A stretch of 64,000 nucleotides of DNA from Methanomicrobiales archaeon HGW-Methanomicrobiales-3 (GTDB lineage: Archaea > Halobacteriota > Methanomicrobia > Methanomicrobiales > Methanospirillaceae), in contig PGYK01000003.1 in the NCBI GenBank assembly GCA_002839605.1, positions 96,229 through 160,228 on the forward strand, in the 5' to 3' direction. Every line of letters begins with the position of its first letter. Position 1 is the stretch's first letter. The position numbers and the translations under genes were made by a program. The notes under the pieces are model-generated. The model was not told the origin of the DNA. It saw only the letters and a program-made list of their open reading frames with translations, and did no database searches. This document shows, one piece after another, positions 37,017-47,426 of the stretch.

Positions 37017-37781
37017 TCACAGATTCTTCTTCCGGCCGCTCGCATCCCGCGAATAATGCCCGAACTCGCTTTTTAAGAGGAGGTCCCCCGTAAAGACCGG
37101 CCCATCCCGGCAGACCCGGAGACCGGACGGGTCGATGCAGCATGAACCGCAGACCCCGACACCGCATTTCATGTACCGGTGGAGCGAGAACTCCGCCTTG
37201 TGGGCAAGGCCTTTCTCTGCAACCTTGGTGAGCACGGATCGCATCATGACCTCCGGCCCGCAGACTGCGATCCGGTCATAGGTGGCAAGATTGAGATCGT
37301 CCATCAATGCCGTGACAAACCCGTGGTGACCGAGTGACCCGTCATCGGTTGCGATCAGGACATCGGTGCACTCGTCGAACTGGTCGAGGAAGAGGAGTTC
37401 GTTCTCGGTGCGGGCCCCAAGAAGGAGTGTCATCACACTGTCTGCCCGGGCGAGCGGAAGGATCGGGGCGGCTCCAAGACCGCCGGCAATCGCAAGGACC
37501 TTCTCTGCTTTGGTAAACCCGTTGCCCAACGGTCCGCGGACCCCGATCTTCCGGCCGGGCTCCAGATCGAAGAGAGCGGTCGTGGCATCCCCTACTTTCT
37601 GGACCGTGATGCTGTTTGCAGAGGAGAGTGCCATGGGGATCTCGTCAACCCCCGGCACCCAGACCATCACGAACTGCCCCGGCTGGAATTCAAACGGTGC
37701 GTCAAAGAAGAACGTGCGAATCTGCGTAGTCTCCTTCTTGACCCGCTCAATGGTTGTGGCAACAGGAAGCGTATCAGTCAT
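37017..37781 (-). CDS. pyrK: Dihydroorotate dehydrogenase electron-transfer subunit (class 1B)
   Basis: ORF 37017-37850, trimmed to ATG 37781 (MTDTLPVATTIERVKKETTQIRTFFFD), which overlaps the pyrD stop. It has an FAD/NAD-binding fold, and the C-terminal 2Fe-2S Cys cluster is CGVGVCGSCC. Confidence 0.85.
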   Translation of the reverse strand: MTDTLPVATTIERVKKETTQIRTFFFDAPFEFQPGQFVMVWVPGVDEIPMALSSANSITVQKVGDATTALFDLEPGRKIGVRGPLGNGFTKAEKVLAIAGGLGAAPILPLARADSVMTLLLGARTENELLFLDQFDECTDVLIATDDGSLGHHGFVTALMDDLNLATYDRIAVCGPEVMMRSVLTKVAEKGLAHKAEFSLHRYMKCGVGVCGSCCIDPSGLRVCRDGPVFTGDLLLKSEFGHYSRDASGRKKNL

Positions 37782-38661
37782 GGGCACACCCCACGATCTC
37801 CTGCGGGCGCACGCCATCCTTTGCATAGAGCTCCTTTTTGATGGTCTCAAAAACGTTCACGTCGCCGTGGACAGCGCTGCCGATCTCAACCGCCTGTGCC
37901 CCGGCCATCATCATCTCGATCACGTTATCTGCCGTTGCAACTCCCCCGCATCCCACGATGGGAATCTTCACGGCTTCATAGAGTTCGTACACGCACCGGA
38001 CCGCGATGGGAAAGACCGCCGGGCCCGAGAGGCCGCCATACCGGTTGCCCAGCACCGGGCGGCGGAGCCCGGTGGAGATCCGCATGGCTTTGACCGTGTT
38101 TACCGCAACGATGGCGCTCGCCCCGCCCTTCTCGGCAGCCCGGCCGATAGCCGTGATGTCGGTGACGTTCGGTGTCAGTTTCACCCACGTGGGGATTTTT
38201 GATTTGCTGACCGCCCGGGTACAGGCCTCGACCAGCGCCGGGTCGCTGCCGATTGCCGCACCATACCCTTCCGCGTGCGGGCAGGAGAGGTTGAGTTCAA
38301 AACCGGCAACTTTTCCGGAGAACCAGCTGGCCACTTCAGAGAACTCCTCCGGAGTGCCGCCAAAGATGCTGGCAATCACCGGTTTTTCGCTCAGGCCTGC
38401 GATCTCCTCCACGAACTCCTGCGAGGGGTTGGGGAGTCCCATCGCGTTCAGGAGACCGTCGGGTAACACCACAAGGCAGGGACCCGCGTGCCCGTTCTTG
38501 GGTTGCGGGCCAATGGACTTGGTCACCACCCCGCCGGCTCCAAGGAGCAGCATGCGCGAGAGGGACGCGCCGGTTGTTCCCAGGATGCCGGCTGCCAGCA
38601 GCAGGTGATTGTCTAAGGAAATACCACCAACAGTTACCGGGCCCTGGCTGATCTGTACCAT
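37774..38661 (-). CDS. pyrD: Dihydroorotate dehydrogenase catalytic subunit (class 1B)
   Basis: 295 aa. Contains LLLAAGILGTTG, ELNLSCPH and VKLTPNVTDI, with GGLSGPAVFPIA and GCGGV near the C-terminus. Confidence 0.9.
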   Translation of the reverse strand: MVQISQGPVTVGGISLDNHLLLAAGILGTTGASLSRMLLLGAGGVVTKSIGPQPKNGHAGPCLVVLPDGLLNAMGLPNPSQEFVEEIAGLSEKPVIASIFGGTPEEFSEVASWFSGKVAGFELNLSCPHAEGYGAAIGSDPALVEACTRAVSKSKIPTWVKLTPNVTDITAIGRAAEKGGASAIVAVNTVKAMRISTGLRRPVLGNRYGGLSGPAVFPIAVRCVYELYEAVKIPIVGCGGVATADNVIEMMMAGAQAVEIGSAVHGDVNVFETIKKELYAKDGVRPQEIVGCAHD

Positions 38662-38702
38662 TCATCAGGAAATGGTCGTTATTTATTATTAGCATACCCA
38701 TA

Positions 38703-39581
38703 TTGGTACCGATAATGGTGCGCCTTGCAGTGGTTGGAGTGGGAAGGATCGGTGGCGAGGTTGCGTACCTGGCAGCAGCGCTTGGGATTGTAAACGAACT
38801 GGTCCTGTATGACAGTGTTCCGGAACTCTTGAAAGCGCAGATTCTCGATCTCCAGCATACCGGCCTCGATGTGACCATCAGCACGGACAGAAGCGTGGTC
38901 CGTGATGCCGACATCTGCCTCTTCTCTGCCGGCCTCCCGCGGAACCCGTCGGTCCGGACCCGGGCCGACCTGCTGGATGCCAACATGCCGGCCACCAACG
39001 ACTGCCTGGGAATGCTTACGGGATTCTCAGGAGTCCTCATCACCGTGACCAACCCGATGGACATCAACAATTTTTATCTCTGTAAGAAAGCCGGTATCCC
39101 GCGGGAACGCTGTATTGGTTTTGGTGGCCAGCTGGACAGCGCCCGGTTGGGCATCGCACTCAATCACCGGAACATCAGCGGCACCCCGTACGTCCTGGGG
39201 GAACACGGCGAACACCAGGTACCGGTCTTCTCAAGCCTCCCGACACCGGTACCGGAGGCGATGCGTGACGAGATCCTTTCTGAACTCCGCGGGGCAAGCA
39301 TGGAAGTGATCAAAGGCAAGGGCGGCACGGTCTTTGGGCCCACCCTCCACATGGCCAACCTGATCAGGATGGTCCTTTCCGATTCCCGCGAACTTACGAT
39401 CTGCTCTGCGGTCCTTGACGGGGAATATGAACAGTCGGATTGTTCCCTGGGCGTTCCCGCCCGGATCGGAAGCGAAGGGATTCTCGCGATCGAGGAGTGG
39501 AAACTTGACAGATGGGAATCGGAGAAGATGAACGAAGCCGGGGCGTTTGTCCGCGAACTTGCAAAGAAGGCGGTGAGCTGA
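38703..39581 (+). CDS. mdh: Malate dehydrogenase (LDH-like family)
   Basis: 292 aa. The Rossmann motif is VVGVGRIGG. AGLPRNPSVRTRADL carries Arg at the substrate-discriminating position. Also present are TNPMD and GEHGE (catalytic His). The start could instead be ATG 38715. Confidence 0.8.
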   Translation: MVPIMVRLAVVGVGRIGGEVAYLAAALGIVNELVLYDSVPELLKAQILDLQHTGLDVTISTDRSVVRDADICLFSAGLPRNPSVRTRADLLDANMPATNDCLGMLTGFSGVLITVTNPMDINNFYLCKKAGIPRERCIGFGGQLDSARLGIALNHRNISGTPYVLGEHGEHQVPVFSSLPTPVPEAMRDEILSELRGASMEVIKGKGGTVFGPTLHMANLIRMVLSDSRELTICSAVLDGEYEQSDCSLGVPARIGSEGILAIEEWKLDRWESEKMNEAGAFVRELAKKAVS

Positions 39582-39584
39582 TCC

Positions 39585-42053
39585 ATGACCTCACAGTCCG
39601 TCCGCCCGGAAGCCTGTAGTGCCGGGCCGTGCACGCTCGACTCGTTTACCGGCCACCGCATCGCGATAAACCAGGTTGAGTACAGCAATTCTCCGGACGG
39701 CCCGGTCATTCACATCTTTGGCCGGGACGTACAGGGAAAAGCGGTGAGAATCGACGTGACCGGGTTCAAACCATACCTGTACGTGCCTGCCGACCAGGCA
39801 GAGTCCGTCCCGCTGCCCCCTCAGGCAGCTCTTGAACCCGGCACAACCTACCGCTCGATCCGGGGCGAACCCCTCCGGCGCCTCTACACCCAGCGGCCGG
39901 GCGATGTGCGGGACGTGCGGGAGCGGTACCGCCATTTCGAGGCCGACATCCCGTTTGCCACCCGGTTCATGATTGACACCGGACTCACCGGCGGGATCTC
40001 GGCTCCGGATACCACGATACATTACCAGGACATCGCACCGGCCGAGGTGGATGCCCCGGCCCGCACCTGCATCATCGACATCGAGTGCGAGGACGAGCGC
40101 GGCTTCCCCGATCCCCAGCGCGACTGTATCACCTGCATCACCTGCCACGACTCGTTTGACAACGATTACACCACGTTCCTTCTCTTCGGGCCGGGCCCGG
40201 AGGGAGAGGTTGCCGCAAAGGAAGCGGAAGGCGGTCTCGACAACGGGTGTTTTAAGAAAGGCACGCACACCATCTGCACCTACCCGGACGAGGTCTCCAT
40301 GCTCCGGGCATTTGCAGCGTACATCATGGCCCGCGACCCGGACGTGCTCTCCGGCTGGAACTTTGTGGATTTCGATATGCCCTACATCACCGGTAGGATG
40401 GAGAAACTGGGGCTCCGGTCAGACACCCTTGCCCGCATTCCGGGCATGACCGAGCGAAACGCCCTCCGGGGCCGGGCCCTCTTCGACCTCCTGACCGCGT
40501 ACAAGAAGATGCACTCCTCGCTCAAGGAATCCTACCGCCTCGACGCTGTTGCCATGGAGGAACTGGGCCAGCAGAAGGTCCGCTACACCGGGACCACCTC
40601 CGACCTCTGGAAAAAGCAGCCGGCACTTCTGGTGGAATATAACTTCAAGGACGTGGAGCTCTGTGTTAAGATCAACCAGAAGGACAACATCATCGACTTC
40701 TACCGCGAGATCGCCCGGTACGTGGGCTGCCCGCTCGACAAGACCCTGAACTCATCGAGCGTCATCGATGTGTATGTCTTAAAAAAAGCGTTCGGGAAGT
40801 ATGTCCTGCCCTCCAAAGGGTTTGCCAATGCCGAGGAGTTCGAGGGCGCAACCGTTTTTGAACCGAGCAAGGGCGTGCGGGAGAACGTGGTGGTGCTCGA
40901 CTTAAAGTCCCTGTACCCGATGGCGATGATGACCATCAACGCCTCGCCCGAGACCAAGTCGCCGGATGGCGAACTTAAAGCCCCCAACGGGATCCGGTTC
41001 AAAAAGCATCCCGACGGCCTGACCCGGAGCATCATATCCGAACTCTTAAAAGAGCGGGACGAGAAGAAGAACCTCCGGAACACCTTCCCCTTCGGTTCGC
41101 CGCAGTACATCCTGTATGACATGCAGCAGAACGTGCTCAAGGTGATCATGAACACCTATTACGGGGTCTCGGGGTACACCCGGTTCCGGCTCTTTGACCG
41201 GGAGATCGGGGCTGCCGTGACGTCCGTTGGACGGGCAATCATCGAACATACCCGGAAGACCATCGAGGAGCAGGGGTACAAAGTCATCTACGGCGACACG
41301 GACTCCTGCATGGTCCAGCTGCCGCCCCTTGACACGGAACAGACGATTGCTGCTGCCCGGGCGATCGAGAAGACCCTCAATGCGAGTTACCAGAAGTTTG
41401 CCGAGGACGAACTGGGCGCCGATGTCCATTTCTTCTCCATCAAGTTCGAGAAGATCTACAAACGGTTCTTCCAGGCCGGCAAGAAGAAGCGGTATGCCGG
41501 CAATCTCATCTGGAAAGAGGGAAAAGACGTCAACGAGACCGATATCGTGGGCTTCGAGATCCGACGGAGCGATACCCCGCAGATCACAAAAATCGTCCAG
41601 ATGCGGGTGATGGAGATGATCCTTGCGGGTGAAGGGTACGATGGGATCAAATCGTTCCTGTCCGATGTTATCAAAAAATACCGGGCCGGAAAATACACCC
41701 TTGACGAGATCGGCATTCCCGGCGGGATCGGGAAGGCGCTCGATGATTACGACAATGACGATGCACAAGTCCGGGGCGCGAAGTATGCCAACGAGCACCT
41801 GCATACGGAGTTTGGCAAGGGCAGCAAGCCCAAGCGGATCTATATCCGGACCGTGACCTCGAAATATCCCAAGACCGATGTGCTCTGTTTTGAGTATGCC
41901 GACCAGGTACCGCCGGAGTTCGTGGTTGACTGGGAGCTGATGCTCGACAAGACCATCAAACAACCGATCTCCCGGATCATCGAGGCGCTCGGCTGGGACT
42001 GGAACGATGTGGATCCCTCGCGGACAACGCTCGCCCAGTGGGGACTCGGGTAA
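39585..42053 (+). CDS. polB: Family B DNA polymerase
   Basis: 822 aa. The Exo I motif is IIDIECED, motif A is VLDLKSLYPMAMM, and motif C is VIYGDTDSC. A KKRYAG motif is also present. The reading frame is continuous, with no intein-sized insertion. Confidence 0.9.
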   Translation: MTSQSVRPEACSAGPCTLDSFTGHRIAINQVEYSNSPDGPVIHIFGRDVQGKAVRIDVTGFKPYLYVPADQAESVPLPPQAALEPGTTYRSIRGEPLRRLYTQRPGDVRDVRERYRHFEADIPFATRFMIDTGLTGGISAPDTTIHYQDIAPAEVDAPARTCIIDIECEDERGFPDPQRDCITCITCHDSFDNDYTTFLLFGPGPEGEVAAKEAEGGLDNGCFKKGTHTICTYPDEVSMLRAFAAYIMARDPDVLSGWNFVDFDMPYITGRMEKLGLRSDTLARIPGMTERNALRGRALFDLLTAYKKMHSSLKESYRLDAVAMEELGQQKVRYTGTTSDLWKKQPALLVEYNFKDVELCVKINQKDNIIDFYREIARYVGCPLDKTLNSSSVIDVYVLKKAFGKYVLPSKGFANAEEFEGATVFEPSKGVRENVVVLDLKSLYPMAMMTINASPETKSPDGELKAPNGIRFKKHPDGLTRSIISELLKERDEKKNLRNTFPFGSPQYILYDMQQNVLKVIMNTYYGVSGYTRFRLFDREIGAAVTSVGRAIIEHTRKTIEEQGYKVIYGDTDSCMVQLPPLDTEQTIAAARAIEKTLNASYQKFAEDELGADVHFFSIKFEKIYKRFFQAGKKKRYAGNLIWKEGKDVNETDIVGFEIRRSDTPQITKIVQMRVMEMILAGEGYDGIKSFLSDVIKKYRAGKYTLDEIGIPGGIGKALDDYDNDDAQVRGAKYANEHLHTEFGKGSKPKRIYIRTVTSKYPKTDVLCFEYADQVPPEFVVDWELMLDKTIKQPISRIIEALGWDWNDVDPSRTTLAQWGLG

Positions 42054-42227
42054 TTTTTAATCCGGCTCTGATGGGCAGAAAACCAAAAAAAGGCGACCGG
42101 AACGGTTTTTCTCCCTCGTTTTTTTCAGTGCAAATAAAAAATGTTTAATACGCATTCAAGCAATTGTGTTTCTTATCTAACCGAAGTGATCTGAAATTCC
42201 GGGGAAACAGGCGGGTAGTATCTGAAA

Positions 42228-43601
42228 ATGACGTACGGGAAAATGTTTATCGAGCGGGAGGAGAGCCTCTCCAACCTCTGGCTGTTTATCGTCATCAACA
42301 CGACCGTTCTTGCACTCCTCATCAATATCCTCTCGCTCCATTACGGTAACAATGATGTTGCCCCGAACCTGTTCTACATCCCGGTGGTGATTGCTGCATA
42401 CTGGTACCCGCACCGGGGGCCGGTCTTTGCCGTTGTCATCTCTGCGGCCTATATGGCACTCGTGTACTGGTTTTTGGGGAGCGATATCGGCATGCTTATC
42501 GAGTCCTCAATTATCTGTTACGTGCTCATCGGGGTATCGGTCGTGGTGTCAAGCCTTGCCACCCACATGCGCAGGAACGAATTGAAGTACCGCAGCCTCT
42601 TCAACAACTCACAGGCCGGCGTCGGGCTTATCGATTACACAACCCAGGAGATCCTGGAGAGCAACCACCAGTTCGCCACCATCCTCGGGCATAGCGAGCA
42701 GGAGATCATCAGGATCCCCTTTGGGGATCTCTTTCTGGATAAGGAAAAGAAGGAGGCGTTTTTTTCGCAGCTGGACCATGACCGGAGCGTGGAGAACTTT
42801 GAGGCCCGGTTCCCGTCAAAGGCTGACGGGAACCGGTGGATCCTCCTCTCCGCCGGGCTGCTCCCGGACAACCAGTTCGTGGTCAACATCGTGGATATCA
42901 CCGATCGCAAGCACGCGGAACTTGCCCTCCTCATCAAAGACCACGCCATCAGTTCCTCCATCAACGCAATCGCCATCCTCGACCTTGACTTCAACATCAC
43001 GTATGTCAACCAGTCCCTCATGCGGCTGATGGAGTACCACCACGAAGAGGAGTTTATCGGCCGGAACACCATGGACTTTGTCAGTTCCCCGCAGCGCTTT
43101 GCCACCGTTCGCGAGGCGATTGGCAGGAACGGGAGCTGGTTTGGCGAGATCTCGCTCCTCAAGTACAACAAGAACCCGTTCTTTGTCCTGCTCTGGATGA
43201 ACAAGGTGAAAGACGATTCCGGCAACCCCATCTGCATCATGGCCTCGTTCATCGACATCACCGACCGGAAGCAGATGGAGATGGCAAAAAGAAAAGCCCT
43301 TGAGCAGATCGAGAAGAACATCGAGCAGTTCGCAATCCTTGGCGACCACATCCGGAACCCGCTTGCGGTCATCGTGGGCTTATCAAGCATGGCACCGGGC
43401 GACATCACCGAGAAGATCATCCTGCAGGCCCGGGAGATCGACCGGATCATCACCCAGCTCGACATGGGATGGATCGAGAGCGAGAAGGTCCGGGATTTCA
43501 TCAAGAAGTATTACATGGTGGGTTCGCAGGACGCGATGATCGTGGATCATGACGATTCGATCCTGGAGTATTCCGGCCCGGGGGAGTTTGGCCGGTCGTA
43601 A
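42228..43601 (+). CDS. Membrane sensor protein (paralogous membrane domain + two PAS + short H-box-like C-terminal segment), no HATPase domain
   Basis: 457 aa. The N-terminal domain (FYIPVVIAAYWYPHRGPVFAVVISAAYMALVYWF) is paralogous to 34021 and 34896. Two DITDRK-terminated PAS units follow. The C-terminus LGDHIRNPLAVIVGLSS resembles a phosphoacceptor box, but no N/G1/G2 boxes follow it. Confidence 0.8.
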   Translation: MTYGKMFIEREESLSNLWLFIVINTTVLALLINILSLHYGNNDVAPNLFYIPVVIAAYWYPHRGPVFAVVISAAYMALVYWFLGSDIGMLIESSIICYVLIGVSVVVSSLATHMRRNELKYRSLFNNSQAGVGLIDYTTQEILESNHQFATILGHSEQEIIRIPFGDLFLDKEKKEAFFSQLDHDRSVENFEARFPSKADGNRWILLSAGLLPDNQFVVNIVDITDRKHAELALLIKDHAISSSINAIAILDLDFNITYVNQSLMRLMEYHHEEEFIGRNTMDFVSSPQRFATVREAIGRNGSWFGEISLLKYNKNPFFVLLWMNKVKDDSGNPICIMASFIDITDRKQMEMAKRKALEQIEKNIEQFAILGDHIRNPLAVIVGLSSMAPGDITEKIILQAREIDRIITQLDMGWIESEKVRDFIKKYYMVGSQDAMIVDHDDSILEYSGPGEFGRS

Positions 43602-43789
43602 GCTGGTCAAATTATTTTTTCCTTATATCTGATAAGCGCTTGATATTGCTGCAATGTCTCCCATCCCGGATGGAGATAGATTAGTCATCTAATCAGGGTC
43701 TCGCTTCGGAGATATCGGTATCATTAATTTTCCGGATTGGAAGAGAAATGATAATACTCAGCACGTTGTTCATAAGCGCTCAGATGATT

Positions 43790-43856
43790 GTGAGGGTGAC
43801 CCCCTCTCTCCCCCAAAGGGGGAAGCAGCCCAAGGGAGCACCCCCTTGACCCCCTC
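43790..43856 (-). repeat. Inverted copy of the GGGGTCAAGGGGG...GTCACCCTC module
   Basis: The reverse complement (GAGGGGGTCAAGGGGGTGCTCCCTTGGG...GGGGTCACCCTCAC) aligns with 61756-61823 and 36866-36930. Confidence 0.65.
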
Positions 43857-44051
43857 AATTTTCTCTTAGTATCCGGAATTGCCCTACAATGCCAGAAATC
43901 AATTCCGATCATTCTTTCAAAAGAAATTAGCGGAAATTGCCCAGCCGCGACCCGACGATGCGATGCGGCGATCCCCCGTCGGGGGGTGGGAAACATCATA
44001 ACGATTTTTGAATGTTTGTTTTCGGGAAATTGTTTGCTAAAAAACTCCCCC

Positions 44052-45986
44052 CTACTTCCCGGCGAGCCGTTCGTTGAACTTCCGGATCTGGTCCCGGAGC
44101 GCAATCGCCCGCTCGAAGTCGAGGTTCTCTGCCGCGTCCCGCATCTGCTTCTCGAGATCGATTATCACGTTCGGGATGTCGGACTTCGGGATGTGCTTGG
44201 TGTCCTTCACATCCACTTCCTTCTCCTTGACCGGTTTTATAATCGTCTGCGGGGTGATGTTGTGCTTTGTGTTGAACGCCACCTGCATTTCGCGCCGGCG
44301 CTTCGTCTCCGCAATCGCCCGCTTCATGGAATCGGTCATGGTGTCGGCATAGAGGACGACTTTTGCGTTCACGTTCCGGGCTGCCCGGCCGATGATCTGG
44401 ATGAGGCTTCTCGCATCGCGGAGGAAGCCCTCCTTGTCGGCGTCGAGGATACCGATGTACCCGACCTCGGGGATGTCGAGACCCTCCCGGAGGAGGTTGA
44501 TCCCGACCAGCACATCGAATTTCCCCAGCCGGAGCTCGCGGATGATCTCGCTGCGCTCCAGCGTCTGGATCTCGGAGTGGAGGTAGCGGGTCCGGATCTT
44601 CTTGTCGGCAAGGAACTCACTCAGTTCCTCGGCAAGTTTCTTGGTCAGGGTGGTGATGAGGACCCGGTCGCCCCGGGCGATCGTTGCCTTCACCTCGCGG
44701 ATCACGTCATCGGTCTGCCCCTCGATTGGCCGGACCTCAACAATCGGATCAACGAGGCCGGTCGGGCGGATGATCTGCTCAACTGCTTGTCCTGATTTCT
44801 TCAGCTCGTACTCGCCGGGGGTTGCCGAGACGAAGACCACGCTGGTCATGTACTGCTCGAACTCGTGGAATTTCAGGGGCCGGTTGTCGTACGCGCTCGG
44901 GAGCCGGAAACCGTAATCGATCAGGGACTTCTTGCGCGACCGGTCGCCGTTGTACATTCCGTGGAGCTGGGGGATCATCTGGTGGCTCTCATCGATGATC
45001 ATCAGGAAATCGTCCGGGAAGTAGTCGAGCAGGCAGTAGGGTTTCTCGCCGGCCTTCCGGCCGTCAAAGTGCCGGGAGTAGTTCTCGATGCCCTTGGTTG
45101 ACCCGGTCTCGGCGATCATCTCGACATCATAGCGCGTCCGCTGTTCGAGCCGGTGCGCCTCGATCATCCCGAGTGAGGGCAGAACTTCTGAGAGTTCCTG
45201 CTGGATGGACTCAATCGCGGTCTTCCTTGCGCTCTCGGGGGTGACGAAGTGCCGGGCGGGGTAGACGTAGAAATACTTCAGCGCCTCCTTTCTCTCCCCG
45301 GTGTTTTTGTCCACCTCGCTGATCCGCTCGATCTCATCCCCGAACATCTCGATCCGGATGATGTTGTTGAAGTACCCGGGGATGATGTCGATGGTGTCTC
45401 CCTTGACCCGGAACCTCCCGGGCATCAGCTCGAGATCGTTTCTCTGGAACAGGATGTCGAGGAGCCGGCTCATGATCTCGTTCCGGGAAATCTTCTGGCC
45501 AACGCTGAGTTCGAACCCCATGTTCCGGAAGTTCTCGGGGTTGCCAAGACCGTAGATACAGGAGACCGAGGCGACAACAATCACGTCCCGCCGGGTCGAG
45601 AGCGACGCGGTGGCGGAGAGCCGGAGCATCTCGATCTTGGGGTTGATGGCCGAGTCCTTCTCGATATACTGGTCCTTTGCCGGGATGTAGGACTCGGGCT
45701 GGTAGTAGTCGTAGTAGGAGACGAAGTACTCGACACGGTTGTTGGGGAAGAAATCGCAGAACTCGGCATAGAGCTGGGCGGCGAGTGTCTTATTATGGGC
45801 GAGGACGAGCGTGGGCTTGCCGGCCGCTGCGATGACGTTTGCCATCGTGAAAGTCTTGCCGGAGCCGGTGACGCCAAGGAGAGTCTGGTATTGTTTGTCC
45901 TCCGCAAGCCCTGCCGTCAGCTCTTTGATTGCACCCGGCTGCGAGCCGGCGGGGGCGAAACTGGAGATGAGCTGAAATTCAGTCAC
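44052..45986 (-). CDS. uvrB: Excinuclease ABC subunit B
   Basis: 644 aa. Contains GVTGSGKTFTMANVI and DESH. The C-terminal UVR domain is DFERAIALRDQIRK. Confidence 0.95.
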   Translation of the reverse strand: MTEFQLISSFAPAGSQPGAIKELTAGLAEDKQYQTLLGVTGSGKTFTMANVIAAAGKPTLVLAHNKTLAAQLYAEFCDFFPNNRVEYFVSYYDYYQPESYIPAKDQYIEKDSAINPKIEMLRLSATASLSTRRDVIVVASVSCIYGLGNPENFRNMGFELSVGQKISRNEIMSRLLDILFQRNDLELMPGRFRVKGDTIDIIPGYFNNIIRIEMFGDEIERISEVDKNTGERKEALKYFYVYPARHFVTPESARKTAIESIQQELSEVLPSLGMIEAHRLEQRTRYDVEMIAETGSTKGIENYSRHFDGRKAGEKPYCLLDYFPDDFLMIIDESHQMIPQLHGMYNGDRSRKKSLIDYGFRLPSAYDNRPLKFHEFEQYMTSVVFVSATPGEYELKKSGQAVEQIIRPTGLVDPIVEVRPIEGQTDDVIREVKATIARGDRVLITTLTKKLAEELSEFLADKKIRTRYLHSEIQTLERSEIIRELRLGKFDVLVGINLLREGLDIPEVGYIGILDADKEGFLRDARSLIQIIGRAARNVNAKVVLYADTMTDSMKRAIAETKRRREMQVAFNTKHNITPQTIIKPVKEKEVDVKDTKHIPKSDIPNVIIDLEKQMRDAAENLDFERAIALRDQIRKFNERLAGK

Positions 45987-46062
45987 GGTGCTTAGAATCT
46001 CGGACTGTGATATTAAAAGGAATGGGGATGCGGCAGGAAAGTGAAGGGAAAAAGCGGGCCCT

Positions 46063-46521
46063 TCAGCGGGATTTGAAGATCAGACAGATGCCCATGAGAT
46101 AAAACAGGGAAAAACCTGCGATCGCGACTGCACAGTATACAGCGGTAAAAAGCCAGACACTCTGCGATACCAGGTAGCCATGGTCCACGAAGAAGGATGA
46201 TACAAAAAGTGATGTAAGTGCCCCTGCATTGCCCAGCATGAGTGACTTGTTTTCCCGCGGGCTCGTTTCCTGCCGGGTACTGGCTGTACCGTTAACGGGT
46301 TCTGCTTCAGCTAATCTCCTGCTGCGCGAAATAACGTCATATCCCCACACTACGATTCCTGCAAGGATGGCAAGAAAACAGACCATGAACAGTAACGAGG
46401 AATACATTGGTGTGTTCCATGTCTGTATACCGGATTTTATCACGTGGGAGCCGGCAAGCCAGCCTGCCATACCGAGAATAATAAGAGAAAATCCCCGTAT
46501 GCTGATGTGATGAATGGCCAT
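46063..46521 (-). CDS. Hypothetical membrane protein (about 4 TM)
   Basis: 152 aa with four hydrophobic segments. No recognisable motif. Confidence 0.5.
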   Translation of the reverse strand: MAIHHISIRGFSLIILGMAGWLAGSHVIKSGIQTWNTPMYSSLLFMVCFLAILAGIVVWGYDVISRSRRLAEAEPVNGTASTRQETSPRENKSLMLGNAGALTSLFVSSFFVDHGYLVSQSVWLFTAVYCAVAIAGFSLFYLMGICLIFKSR

Positions 46522-46670
46522 TACAGGATGTTTTCATTCCGGATGTTTAATAGTAAAGGTTTTGTTTCCGGGACGGCGGGGATATTGCGGGATGTGGGGG
46601 GAACGTGTGGTTACCGCCAAACCACCGGCTTCATTACCGCCTACGTCCCAAAGGCAAATACTGACGCACC

Positions 46671-47252
46671 ATGACACGCCTCCCCCGCACTGCAATCGCC
46701 GGAGTCCTCCTCTTTACCGGAAGCACCGTCCTCTTTCTCGCGATGATGGCCACAGAAGCACTCTATCCGGGTTACAGCATTGCCGACAATTACATCAGCG
46801 ACCTCGGCGTCGGGAGCACCGCGCTGCTCTTCAACACGGCTATCATCGTGTACGGCGCCTGCGTCATCGCCGCCGCATACATCCTGCACAGGGAAGGCAC
46901 GATGCCGGTAGCGGCCACGGCCATACTCGGGATCTCCGGCGCGGGTGCGGCATGCGTGGGCATCTTTCCCGAGACGCTGGGCATGCCGCATTATATTTCG
47001 GCCGGCGCCGCGTTCATCGGCGGGGCGGCTGCCGCACTCATCCTCTCCCGCTCAATATCCCGCCCTTTTTGCTGGTTCTCGATACTGCTCGGGTGCATCG
47101 CGATCGCCGGCCTTTTGCTCCACCTGTCGCACACGTATATCGGCATCGGCCCGGGGGGCACGGAGCGTCTCATCGCCTATCCTCTCATGCTCTGGTCGGC
47201 CGGTTTTGGGGGCTGGCTGATGGCGATGCCGTTAAAGGAAACCGGCCGCTGA
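46671..47252 (+). CDS. DUF998-like membrane protein
   Basis: 193 aa. The multi-TM pattern with YPGYSIADNYISDLG after TM1 is what I associate with DUF998 proteins. Confidence 0.55.
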   Translation: MTRLPRTAIAGVLLFTGSTVLFLAMMATEALYPGYSIADNYISDLGVGSTALLFNTAIIVYGACVIAAAYILHREGTMPVAATAILGISGAGAACVGIFPETLGMPHYISAGAAFIGGAAAALILSRSISRPFCWFSILLGCIAIAGLLLHLSHTYIGIGPGGTERLIAYPLMLWSAGFGGWLMAMPLKETGR

Positions 47253-47426
47253 AGAGCGAGCGATTGACAAAGAAAATATGAGCCAGCCCACCCCTTCGGG
47301 GTCGCTCGGCCGCCTCGTCGGGGCCTCGCTGGGCAAGGAAGTTGATGGAGTGGGGTGTACGGTAATGAGTAGCGCAAAACCCGACGAGGCGTTTTGCGCG
47401 TGAAGACTCGTTTTAATCGAGTGAAA

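Noticed and set aside
36698-37045. 115-aa minus-strand ORF and other short ORFs (36200-36708) inside the composite repeat cassette
   Set aside because: They are not conserved as reading frames between the two cassette copies, because the indels are not multiples of three. The similarity is at the nucleotide and structure level.
41046-41963. 305-aa minus-strand ORF
   Set aside because: It is antisense to polB, a shadow frame.
39585-42053. Possible intein in the family-B polymerase
   Set aside because: The Exo, A (SLYPMAMM), B and C (YGDTDS) motifs lie at normal spacing in an 822-aa protein, which leaves no room for an intein.
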